In this document: piece after piece, positions 14,606-27,750 of the stretch
How positions within the stretch are numbered: the stretch's first letter is position 1
How the letters are laid out: each line of letters starts with the position of its first letter
Source of the DNA: the human T2T-CHM13v2.0 reference genome, Homo sapiens
NCBI RefSeq assembly: GCF_009914755.1
Contig: NC_060932.1
Strand: one strand, 5' to 3'
Length of the DNA stretch: 64,000 nt
Translations under genes and position numbers: made by a program
Notes under the pieces: model-generated
What the model was told of the DNA's origin: nothing
Database searches by the model: none
The model's input: only the letters and a program-made list of their open reading frames with translations

Positions 14606-15181
14606 CAGTAGTCCCCCTTTACCCACAGGGAATATGTTCCGAGACCCCCAGTGGATGCCTGAAACTGTAGATAGTAACAAACCCTGTATTTTTTCCAATA
14701 TATGCACTGTGGTCCTAACTTTTGCAGTTTGAGGTGTGATGGCAAAAAGAGAATGAATGGGCTCCTCCTGCACAGTTTCACAGATAGGTTGGGTCTTACT
14801 GTAGATCTTTGCAATCTCAGCATTTGATTTTTTTTCTTACTAAATCAAGAACTTTCATCTTTTCACTTAAACGAAGCACTTCAAGGCTTCTTTTTGGCAT
14901 ATCCAAATTGTCGACATCATTACTCTTGTGCTTTGGAGCCATTAAATAAAGGTTACTTGAACACAAGGACTGCAATACTGATAACCCAGATGGCTAACAA
15001 GTGACTAATGTGTGGAGAGTGCCCACAGTGTGGATACACTGGACAAATCATGCTACTCAAAACAGTGTCCAATTTAAAACTCAGGAATTGTTTATTTCAT
15101 TTAATACTTTCGAACCATGGGGTAAGTGAAACCATAAGAGCGAAATCACATAAAACGAAACTAGACAAGAGGGAATGACTG
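14606..15181 (+). mobile_element. Tigger-derived non-autonomous DNA transposon (MER44-like)
   Basis: TA|cagtagtccccct ... agggaatgactg|TA terminal inverted repeats with TA TSD; gacccccagtggatgcctgaaac. Confidence 0.85.
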
Positions 15182-15576
15182 TATTTAATCTAACAACACT
15201 ACCACAGAAACCTAAGAAATTCATCAATAAAGGTTGTCCAACTAAAAGAAACTTGCATAATCCTGTCTTTGCATACCTGAATACTTTAAAGAGGCCTGGA
15301 CATTGAAACTCAAGGAAGCAGATACATTTGTTACCAGCTGGGAACTTTAGTATCACGGAAACCTGAAAAAAGGCATCTCTAAAGGCTGACAGTTTTTCCC
15401 ACCATTAAAATGTCAGTTCTAGCAAAGGACTGTATTATATCCAAATATTTCTAGCAACTAGAAAATTTACATTGAACATAAACTAGATTGTCTTGATGCT
15501 TGAACTCTTAACACTGACTGAATTAAAATGGGGCCTAGTAAACAATTAGTTCACTGTTTTTTCAAAAAAATCTCTT

Positions 15577-15688
15577 CTATCACTTGAACCCTGGAGGCAG
15601 AGGTGGCAGTAAGCCGAGATCATGCCACTGCACTCCAGCCTGGGCAACAGAGTGAGACTCCGTCTCAAAAAAATAATAAAATAAAAAT
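15577..15688 (+). mobile_element. 5'-truncated Alu right-arm fragment
   Basis: tcacttgaaccctggaggcagaggtggcagt...gagactccgtctcaaaaaaa. Confidence 0.9.
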
Positions 15689-17331
15689 CTCTTTTGAAAT
15701 TAGAATTACAAAATTAAAATGCTCCCACCCATACTCACTCAGATCCACATCACTACTTCCTGGGAGCAAGGCCATCAATCATGTAGTAGGTAGATTTCCC
15801 AACCCACGCAAACCACATACACACGTTCCACTCTTATTTCTTTGTACAAAGGTACAGGAGAAAGCTTTCTCCTATATTTTCAAAACTAAACATTTCAAAA
15901 CTAATATAAACTTTAATAATTCCAAATTAAATAGAAGATATTCTGATCTTGCATTTCCTTAATCACAAGTGGACCGAACAGTATCTACATGTTGGCCATT
16001 TGTATTTCTTCTTTGATCTCTTCATATCCTCTGTCCATTTTTCTAACAGATTATGTGCCTTTTTCTTATTGACTTACTGTGGGAGCTACAGACATAGCTA
16101 ATATACATATCTTAGAAATGTTTCTCCTTGGCAGCTGGCCCCTCAGTGTTGCTTCTGGCATATGTAGAACCAAGTGGTGAAAGGGAAATATGCCGGACTG
16201 TGTGTCCTCACATAAGCATCTTTCTTCTTCAAAGGTTTCCTCTGCATGACAGAGAAGCCAGGGATATTATCCAGAATTCCCTCCTCGGTAGGTTCTATGT
16301 TTGAGATTGCCAATGCAAGATACCCACACCTGACCTGGGATGCTGAAGAGAGAGACTCTGGAGGTGGTTGTAGCCAAACATGTGGGCAATGTGAGATTCG
16401 TAAGAGACTTCCAAGTAAACCACCTGTTTGGGGGTCTTGGTAGACAACTGACGAAAGTCTTCAAAGAACTGTATCAGTTTCCTAAGCCACCAACTTTGGT
16501 GCTTCAGATGACTTTCTATTATAGATCTCTTGGCCTTCACCAGATTACTATCCAGTCTCCTAGTTCTCCCAACATTCATGTAAACTCTAAATCTAGTATT
16601 AATCCCTTTAATCCTGAAATATTTAAAAGTGGTTGTTTTATAAGCTCAATCCTGATACAAAAAAATGACTCTAGAGGAAAAAAAAATCCCATAAAACATG
16701 GAAACTGAGATTAATTCTCTGATCTGAAAGCAGTAATGACCTCAGTGCCAGTGCAAAATAGAACACTGGAAAACCAGGGCAGTACATGGCATAACAGTAC
16801 ACACTTGTAGTTGTTTGAAAAACCAGTGACTAAGGAAGGCAAGGCTTTGAGACATGTCCCAGCTGTGCCTCCAAATCCCACCAAACCTTCCTTCCTGGAA
16901 GCAACAGCCTTTTTCTACCTTGTCTGAGGAAATCAGTGTCCCTTCACTTGAGGTAGTCCTCTTCTCAATGAGATGATCCTTTTCAACAACCTCTCCCACC
17001 ATTTAATTACTTCCATACTCATTGCTACACTCAAATTGCCAGATCTCTGGAGAGTTAAAAATCTAACAAAGAAGGAATTGCAAAGCAATTACAGAATCTT
17101 TAATATATTTTGGCAGAAAAATGGAAAATACATATGGGAATAGATCTAATGACAGTTACAAGAGGAGGGACAATGTGGAGTGAGGCCAAAATTATTTATA
17201 CGGGTGTAATGACCACAGATTCCAGACTCAATATTGGCTATTAACACTTTGCCAAGTTGACTGCCTGGAAAGTAGACTTAAGAATAACCAACATTAAATG
17301 AAAATGAGATGGCAAAATGAGATACTCTAGA

Positions 17332-17508
17332 TCAAGGGCAGGTAAATCCAATCCGCTTTTTTGCGGAACACAGCCAAAACCATTCATTTATATAGTCTCA
17401 CTGCTGTCTTGCTAAAATGGTACAGTTGGGTAGTTTGGATAGAGGCCATTTGGCCCACAAAACTTAAACTACTTACTATCTGGGCCTTTATAAAAGTTTG
17501 CCAACCAT
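17332..17508 (+). mobile_element. MER58-like hAT-Charlie MITE
   Basis: ggaacacagccaaaaccattcatttat...tttggcccacaaaacttaaactacttactatctgggccttta..aaaagtttgccaacc. Confidence 0.75.
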
Positions 17509-17519
17509 TTCTTTAGGCT

Positions 17520-18680
<1,161 letters not shown>

Positions 18681-18732
18681 TTCTTGTTTTTCACATATTT
18701 AAAAGATGGTAAACACGCATGCACACAGATTA

Positions 18733-19140
<408 letters not shown>

Positions 19141-19697
19141 CTACAAGGAAGGCATCCAAAGGCAGGTATACTGGAAGGGATTTATTACTTATACCCTCAG
19201 AGGTCCCAGAGAATATGTTCTTTACCAAGGCTTTGCAAAATACAAGCTTAAAAGGCTCTGTAGTGGTGCTCTGCAGGAAACAGCAGAAGGAGATGAGAAC
19301 ACTGAAATTCAATGAATTTAATGGGAATGACAGGCTTCTGGAGTGGCAGAGGCCAGTTAGTGGCACTTCACCACCAGAAACATAATGTGGCTCTATCACA
19401 AGCAACAGAGCCAGAGCAGTAATTAGAAGGTTTTGACCCAGAGAAATCTGTGGTAGTGGTTGTCCGTAGGCCCTAATAGAATGAACCGGTTAAAGACCTA
19501 CTAAAACTGTAAAAACAAGACAAAACAGAAAACTCTAGATCTAGTATTCAGAGGCTTAACTTACCAAGAGAATTCTAACCTTCACCCAAACACTGGCTCT
19601 GAGAAGACTGAAGTGACTGTGGTCCACTAGGAGGAGGAGATTATTGGTGCTCATGTGACAGAGTTTGGGCCCAATGGTTCCCTCATCGAGACAGGAA

Positions 19698-19909
19698 CAA
19701 GCTGAATAACCCTTATCGGAAATGCTTGGCAGCAGAAGTGGTCTGAATTTCAGATTCTGGAATATTTGCATTATATTTACCAGCTGAATATCTCAAATGT
19801 TGAAAATCCAAAATCCAAAATGATCCAATGAGCATTTCCTTTAAGCATCATGTCAGGGCTCAAAAAGTTTCAGATTTTGGAGCATGTTGGATTTGGGATA
19901 CTCACCCTG
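19698..19909. mobile_element. Tigger4a/MER46-like MITE
   Basis: caagctgaataaccctt...gggatactcaccctg|ta inverted termini; aaaatccaaaatccaaaatg..ccaatgagcatttccttt. Confidence 0.8.
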
Positions 19910-20634
19910 TACATCCTTAGATCCAGAATCGTTACTGGAATAGACAGAAGAAACTGGCAGAATCCCCATGTTGCTTCCCTTACTCGTGGAACAAGGACTA
20001 TTATGGTAGAAAAGGCCAAGTAAAATTCCTAAAACTCTCACTTCACGACACAGGGGAGGGAGGTTTCTACCATGTTCTTATTCAACATTAAGTATGTGTC
20101 CTGTCCAGAAGACATGGAGACAAACAATGGATTTTAATGAATTTCTTCAGGTGGTGTCTTCAATCCAACTGCTGTTTCCTATTTTAAGTGTCTTTATTTG
20201 GAAGCTCAATATGGGCAAAAGACATTTATCTGTCTAAATGCTGAGTTTTAAATGGGGTATAAAGTGCTGGACTGTCTAGTATTCCATAGGCTTTGCCCTT
20301 GCTCCTCTTTTATGATCTCATATGCACTGCAATACAGAGATCCAACATTTCCCAAAATCCCAGGTATAGCTTCCAGTTTGCCAATGAAAAGAAGATGTGC
20401 AAGGTTTTGGAAGGCAGAAAAGCAGCACAGGTTTATTCTCCAGAGGTGGCTGTAGCCAGATGCAGTTTCACAGTAGCTTCCTGGCAAGTAACTGAGAACT
20501 ATCCATTTTGTGATGCAGATTGAGTCAGACTGGTGCTTTGAAGAGATTCTTGAATCTTGTAGCAGCTTCCCAGTGAGCCATGGAGAACCATCAGCTTTCA
20601 TGGGTGCTTCAGCCTCTGTTTTCCTCTTATTTCA

Positions 20635-21073
20635 CTTTGAGCTTGAAAAGGGCTCTCCTGAACTAAACTTCAATCAGGCTCCTCTAGGCTTCGACCTTGA
20701 CATCTATTCTTCTTGGGCCTACGCTGTCCAGCTGTATCAAGTGTCTTGCTAACTCAGTTTAGAGAGTATCTCTCCATCAATATCTGAACAAATTATCGTC
20801 CCCACCCTTGGTATTTTATTGCCCTGGCCTGCCTTCAGTAAGAATCCTGTTAGATCAATTTAACCAAAATTCCCCTTATTCCTTATGTTTCCTCTTAGTA
20901 ATTTTCCATCCACTGACCCCTACCCTCCTTAGCTATAAATCTCAACTTGTTCATGCTGTATTCAGAATTGAGCCTAGTTCTATAATGAGGTCTATTTTCC
21001 ATACTGCAATAGTGTCTGAATATAATCTGTTTTTACTGCTTTAAGTACTGTCCATCTCTGATTCTCTTTGACA
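20635..21073 (+). mobile_element. MER31-like ERV1 solo LTR
   Basis: aagaatcctgttagatcaatttaaccaaaattcccc; tcctcttagtaattttccatccactgaccc; ends ...tttgaca. Confidence 0.65.
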
Positions 21074-22037
21074 AGCTCTCCTGGCCTTTGGCAGTGACTC
21101 TGTTAACCTTCTCTCATCCAGCTTTTAAACATACATGCAAACCCTAATTCCTCTATTAAACCCTCTAATGCCCCCTCCCCCAGAATACCTAAAGAGCTTC
21201 TAATTTTAAGCCAAAAGGGGAGGTTTAACAGTATACCAATATATGAGTATTATAGAGCAGACAATCACAAGAGATTGTATAAAAGTGATAAGGCAAGACA
21301 CAGGTTGAAATATATATGTATTCACTTGGAGAATTCATGATAGAATGAATTGACATATTAATTATGTTCTAGAAACTGTTTACTGGGTCACAAAACCCAA
21401 TTAAACCCAGATTAAAAGTAAAAATACTAAAAACCATCTTCTGTGATCAAAAGGCAGTAATATCAGACAGTAACAATAATAAACATGTAAAAACACCACC
21501 AATCCACAACCACAGTATCAAACCTGCAGTTTAAAAACATCTTTCAAGCACAGAGGAAATAACTGAAACTGTATTAAGAAAATAACAATAAGGAACACTC
21601 TACATGTTCCTATGATTTAGCCTTTAGTAAACAATATACAGAACAAAATTTTAGTCTTTAATATATATACTAAATTTAAAGAGAATATAAGTAATTTTCT
21701 ACTGAAGAGTTTAGAAAAAAACTGCAAATAAATCAAGAGAGAAACTTATGAATTAAAAAAGGAAAAACAAAGAGCTCTTTAAAACATTTCAAACTTTCAA
21801 CAAAAAATTTCTCTGAAAATCCAAACTGCTGATTCATTTTTTAAAAGCCACTCATGGATTTAGTCTGTTATTTCTGTTTGCAAGAAACACTGACTAAAAA
21901 GTAAGTTTTTACTTCATGAAAATACCCTAGTTGCTACATTTACCCAAGGTAAATGAGTAAATCAAGGTACTGTGATTACACACAAACGAATCACTGATAT
22001 TTTAATTTTATAATTACAGACTAAACTTAATTCTTAC

Positions 22038-23938
22038 CTTTTTGCTATTTGATTCTCAAGATGTTTAACTTTTTCTAATAACTCTTTCTCAACAACTTCT
22101 CTCTCCAATTTAAATTCTTTTAGGGCAGTCTGAATAGCTTCATCTTTTTCACAATTAAGCTTCTGAATTAACTGTTCTCTGTCTTGCTCCTGGCTGCTGA
22201 CCAATTTTTGTCTGTCTTTCTCAAGGTTCTGGATAATAGCTTCGTATTTCTCTTCTTGTTGGGTAATTTTTTCATCTTTTTGTCTTTCAAGAGCACTCAA
22301 TTCTGAATCCAATTTACTCTGCAGTTCAATTATTTGTTCTTTTAGGTTTTTTTCTATTTCAAATGCTTGGTTATGCAAAGATGTTACTTTGTTTAATTCA
22401 GCTTTAAGTATATTAGATTCTTCTTCATGTCTACTAATTAACTCGGAAATACACTGATCTTTTTCAATTGTCATTAAAGTTCTTAGCTCTGCTAAGCCCA
22501 CCTGATAATTTTCATTATTATCCTGAATCTTTTGGTTGAGTTTACTAATTTCTGTTCTCAAATTTTCTGTCTCTTGTTCAAGAAGAGATTTCAAGGTCTC
22601 CTTCTGCTGGGCTCTGCTTTCTTCCAGCAAAATTTTTATTTCATCAGTTTCTGCTTCCTTCAACGCAAGTTCAACCTCTAACTTGCATCTCGTGTCTGAC
22701 AAATCAGAAACCTTGAGTTTTAATTCCTGTAACTGTTTTTCTTTTTCCTGGATAATTTCAGCATGAGATTCTTGTATTTGATTAATTATTTGTTGGTTTT
22801 CCTTTTTTAATTCCTCCAAAGAAACTCTGTGGTCTGTCATAACCTTCTCAAACTCTTGTATGTGCCTAACCTGAAGTGTGTCCTCTAATTCCTTTAGATG
22901 ACTTTGCTCCAAGGACTGAAGTTCTGCCCTCAATAACTGTAACTTCTCATCATTTTCAACATGGAGCTTTTTTAAGTCTTCTAACACTATTTCTCGTGAC
23001 TGCTTCAGTTCTTTAATTTCACAATTTTGAGAGTGCATTATATTTTCCATCTCTAACAACTTCTGATCCTTTTCATTCTGCAGGCAGATTACAGCTTCTT
23101 TTTCATGTTTAACCAAAGCAAATTCATTATCTTTATTTTGTAAAACCTCCTCAAGGCATACTAACTCTCCCTTCAATTTTTTAATTTTGTTTTCATTCTC
23201 TTCAGTTTCCTTTATTAGTCCGTCAAGTTTACCTTCATATTCATTTTTTAAAGACAGTAGTTCTTTTTGATGTTTTTCTTTTAGTGTTATTTCCAGAGAA
23301 CATTTTACTTTTTCAATAATGTTTCTTATTTCTACTGCTGTACATTTTAATGAATTTGAGAAGTCACACTGTTCTTTTTGTACAAATGTTCTAAAGTGGC
23401 AAAGGTCTTCCTTAATGGTTTGTATACTGAAGTGAGAGTCTTGGGCAACAACTCTACATCTTTCCAACTGGACATTCAGAGAAGTATGATCTCCAAAATC
23501 CTCCTTACCACATACATTTGTATCCTGCATTCGTCTACTGTCTATCGCATTGATAACTGATGAATAAAGTGATTCCACCATCATTTCTGGGCTTTGTGGA
23601 TCACTTATAGGATTAGGAGACGACAAATTTTCTTCTATTACAAACTCATTCACAGCAGACATAAAATCTGATTCAGGACTTTCTGCTAATGAATCCAAGT
23701 CTAAAGAAACTTGGTGAATAGTCTGTTCTATGTTTGGATGGGGAATAGTTTCAAAATCAAACGTATGTGCATCAATACTATCTGGAGATAATTCTTCTAA
23801 GGGACAAACTGCAGGACATAAGGGATCCTGAACAGTCAGTGGTGGAGGAGTTCTCGGTGAGGTAGTAGTTGTAATTCCTGCTGTACTTTCCATCCTTGGT
23901 GAAGAAGCAGACTGTGGGGATGTCTGACTCACAGATGC
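22038..23938 (-). CDS. RB1CC1: RB1CC1 exon 15 (1901 nt, aa 641-1274): S/T/P-rich linker, LIR motif and long coiled coil
   Basis: 632-aa ORF 22034..23932; acceptor ttttccag|GCA, donor AAG|gtaaga; E/K/L/Q heptad-rich. Confidence 0.98.
23744..23755 (-). other. RB1CC1: Codons for the LIR (ATG8-interacting) core F702-E-T-I705
   Basis: TTT GAA ACT ATT within ...DAHTFDFETIPHP, an acidic-flanked F-x-x-I motif; known FIP200 LIR. Confidence 0.85.
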
Positions 23939-24027
23939 CTGGAAAACAGAAAGAAAGGCTTAAAGAGCTGCAGGAACACAAACATTTTACACTAATGAAG
24001 AAAACTGTTTGAAAGAATTGAATTTGC

Positions 24028-24154
24028 CTTTTGTTCACTCAGTAGATCTGTAATGGTCTGTGACATTTCATCCAAACTTTGTGCTGCTTTTACCAAATTA
24101 TGTAGAGCAAGTACATGCTGGTGTAGAGGTTCAAAGTCACAAAGTAAGGGAACC
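24028..24154 (-). CDS. RB1CC1: RB1CC1 exon 14 (127 nt, RVPLLCDFEPLHQHV...LLSEQK640)
   Basis: Acceptor tttcag|GGTT; non-canonical donor AAG|gcaaat is required to join exon 15 in frame. Confidence 0.93.
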
Positions 24155-24326
24155 CTGAAACAGAATGCAATGCAATTAGACTTCTGATTTTTTAATGAAC
24201 TAGTAGATAACTGCTACCAAATATTTTAATATGTCAAAAATAACAAGAGCCTTATCATTCCTTTTTAAATTAATACCAGAAGTATTTTAAGAAGTTTGTG
24301 TCATAATCAGTAAAGTAAAAACTTAG

Positions 24327-24672
<346 letters not shown>

Positions 24673-24903
24673 CTACTAGAAAAAAATAATTACATGTAAG
24701 GCATGTCTTCCTTTACTTTACCTTCATTTTCCATCATTTTTTATTCCCCAGAAATTTCTCAAAGCAGTCACAGGAAAGCCAGTCTATCTTAAATATTTCT
24801 TATCTTGGCACCTCTTAAGATTACTGGTACTACCTGGCACAACTCCAGAATAATAAAAACATTTTAAGGTTATAAATTAACTGAAAATACTAATGACATT
24901 TAC

Positions 24904-25007
24904 CTGAGGAATGGCTGAACTTCCGAAGGACAAAATGATTGCAGAAACTGTAAATCTTTTAATGAAATATCTGGAAGTTCACAGTCAAACTTTCGAGGCT
25001 TTTGAGT
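24904..25007 (-). CDS. RB1CC1: RB1CC1 exon 13 (104 nt, TQKPRKFDCELPDISLKDLQFLQSF...), contains KPRK (566-569) and LQFL (582-585)
   Basis: Acceptor ggtacag|ACT, donor CAG|gtaaat. KPRK is the reported putative NLS; LQFL is the segment mutated to block ATG13 binding. Confidence 0.95.
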
Positions 25008-25746
25008 CTGTACCAAAAAAATTAATTACTTAAAAAATTTTTTTTCAACCAAAAACAGACAGCAAATTTATATGATTTCTTACTATAATTAAATTTACTA
25101 TACCAAACAAACTAAAGTGCTTTAAATGATTAAGAAACAAAAAAAGACCATTCAATAAAGATATGGCATATTATTTTCCTGAGCCTTTAGTAAACTGCGA
25201 CGTGAACTGCTAGTGATCAAGGGATGCACTTGTTCCTCCCCTTCTCTGCTTTTAGCATCATTTTATGGGAATTACAATATTCCTATCCTGTATGTGTATG
25301 TATGTACATATACATATGGTAAACACATATGTAAGTGTGTGCGTATATATATAATATTTACCATGTTAAAGCCACTAATATATTAAAATGCACACATGTA
25401 TTTTTTTTCCATGTAACACTTTCTTATTTGCTTTTGCCTTGACTTTTCCATTACATTTTCCAGAAGACAAAGTTTTGGTCAATTTTAGCTTCTGTAAAAA
25501 ATATTAACCGGTAAATCCTACCAATTCATTATTTATAAAATTGCGAAGAGTTGCATTAAAAAAAAACTTGTTTTAAATCATTACTCAAGCAGATGTGGAG
25601 ATGCCAAGATGCTCTTCATAAAAAAGAGTTCTCGGATAAATAAGTATGGGAATCGCTATGTCACCAATTCTTATGTATTAAAAAATGCATACATTTAAAA
25701 CACTAAGAAATCCTGCAGTATAGAAACATGTTTAACAGCTAAGCAT

Positions 25747-26123
<377 letters not shown>

Positions 26124-26226
26124 TTAATGACCCCAGATAACAATGGTTTAGAAACATATCAAACTAACGTTTAATTCCAGTGAAGTCTAACTGAGGCTTT
26201 ATTATTCTGATTTGTCAAAATATAAA

Positions 26227-26365
26227 GGGGGGTGGTGTGAAAAGAAATATAGAAGGGCAAGGAGGAGGTGGAGGCTGTAAAGGAGGAGGGAGGGAGAAGA
26301 GCAGTGGAAGAAAGAAGAGGGAAGGGTGGAAAGAAAAAAAGGAAGAGACAAGAAAACAAAAAAAC
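26227..26365. repeat. GA-rich low-complexity tract
   Basis: About 140 nt almost entirely purine on the + strand. Confidence 0.85.
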
Positions 26366-26626
26366 CAAGTGAATCTATTTCTACCAATCCTAACAGTGCA
26401 GTATAAGGTATCTTCCTGTGTTATGAAGATTCTTTATAAAAAATTATGAATACAAATATCAATCTTAAAGCTTTATGCTAACTGGCTTTTAAAGCCAAAA
26501 ACACTTTTATTTTGATTTTTTTTAAACCACAACAATTTCTGCAAGTTTCTGATAAATGTCTCTACTTCTGGAAAAAAGGTTTTAAAACATATGGAATTTA
26601 GTCATGGTTAGAAAATAAATACATAC

Positions 26627-26688
26627 ACAAAAGGAAGGGGGCCAGGAGTCCAGTCCCCTAAACAGACGATTTCTTAAAAAAGACTTCC
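26627..26688 (-). CDS. RB1CC1: RB1CC1 exon 12 (62 nt, RKSFLRNRLFRGLDSWPPSFC)
   Basis: Acceptor tatacag|GG, donor TGT|gtatgt. Confidence 0.94.
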
Positions 26689-26956
26689 CTGTATAAAGAA
26701 ATTAACAATATGGTTATTTTAGAGCTTTATTTAAGGCAAAAAATTATCTCTGGTTTTTGAAAAGGTAAATTAAAAGTTGACAGTACTTCAAGTTTAAAAT
26801 TTAACAATGGATTCAATTCTATACACTTTAAAAGGAATATTTCCTAGATATCAATGGCAATTAACAGCATATACATGAAGTATGCTACAGAAAATCCAAG
26901 CTTATAAAAACTTTTATCCTTTACAAAAGTAATTAAAATTATTAATGAACACTTAC

Positions 26957-27038
26957 TAAATAATTTCCCAAAGGATTCCCTTTTTGATTTTTCTGCTTCA
27001 TATAATCTCTTTCCATCTTTGACTAAAGCACCAGCCCA
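26957..27038 (-). CDS. RB1CC1: RB1CC1 exon 11 (82 nt, WAGALVKDGKRLYEAEKSKRESFGKLF)
   Basis: Acceptor cttctag|TGG, donor TTTA|gtaagt. Confidence 0.95.
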
Positions 27039-27125
27039 CTAGAAGAGGAAAGCTTATGTTAAACATAAACATACACCAATTCGTTAAAGTTCATATACAG
27101 TTAAAATAGAATTCAACTTGCATAC

Positions 27126-27312
27126 CTCCCTGTAGTGTTTTATGAACATTTTTCTTCTTACAACCTCAACAACAGCTAAGCAGTACATCTGAGGAACTGT
27201 ACTAAGAGCTTCAACAATTTTGACTCTTTCTAACAGCTCTATTACGAGGCGGAGCAAAGCTTGTAACTTCTCTCCATCTTGATCAGCATGAAGCATTACA
27301 AAGCAACACCAC
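27126..27312 (-). CDS. RB1CC1: RB1CC1 exon 10 (187 nt, WCCFVMLHADQDGEKL...KHYRE)
   Basis: ORF 27084..27296; acceptor tctctag|GTGG, donor GAG|gtatgc. Confidence 0.96.
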
Positions 27313-27565
27313 CTAGAGAATAAAATCCATTATTTTCAACATTCACAAAACTGGTACTAACTTAGTTACTTACTTAGTAAGCTTACTAACTTAGTTAAGC
27401 CAAAGAAATCAAGATATATAAGCTCTACAAAAATAGTCTAATTCCAAAGTTCATCAATAAGGTATTTCAATAAAATGGTAGGGAAAAATCACTCCATCAT
27501 TTGGGAGAAATAAATATAAATACCAATTCTAAACATCTTAAAACAGATATAAATGAATCACTTAC

Positions 27566-27750
27566 TTCAGTCTGACATGTAGGTTATTTGCTAGTTCTTG
27601 TTTGGCAGTGGTACACTTCTGCTTAATATCTAACAGTTTTCTATGATTTTGCAACATAATCATCAACTGATTTGCGTGACTCAGGCATAAATCAGGTAAT
27701 ACAGATGCATCCTTTAAGTTTTCAGCTCTCTTCTGATTAGCTAAAAATCC
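27566..27750 (-). CDS. RB1CC1: RB1CC1 exon 9 (185 nt, GFLANQKRAENLKDASVLPDL...HVRLK)
   Basis: ORF 27562..27780; acceptor ctcaaag|GGA, donor GAA|gtaagt. Confidence 0.96.

Noticed and set aside
22536-23560. Antisense ORFs inside exon 15 (also 40052..40243 and 42516..42740)
   Set aside because: Shadow frames of the coding strand, with no independent gene signals.
23968-23969. Alternative acceptor gttcctgcag inside the GC-AG intron
   Set aside because: It would leave a 60-nt intron, below the usual human minimum, and add 29 nt out of frame.
27355-27390. Two perfect TACTAAC branch-point consensus motifs
   Set aside because: They are on the + strand, opposite to RB1CC1 transcription, so they cannot be its branch points. 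The surrounding palindrome is reported separately.
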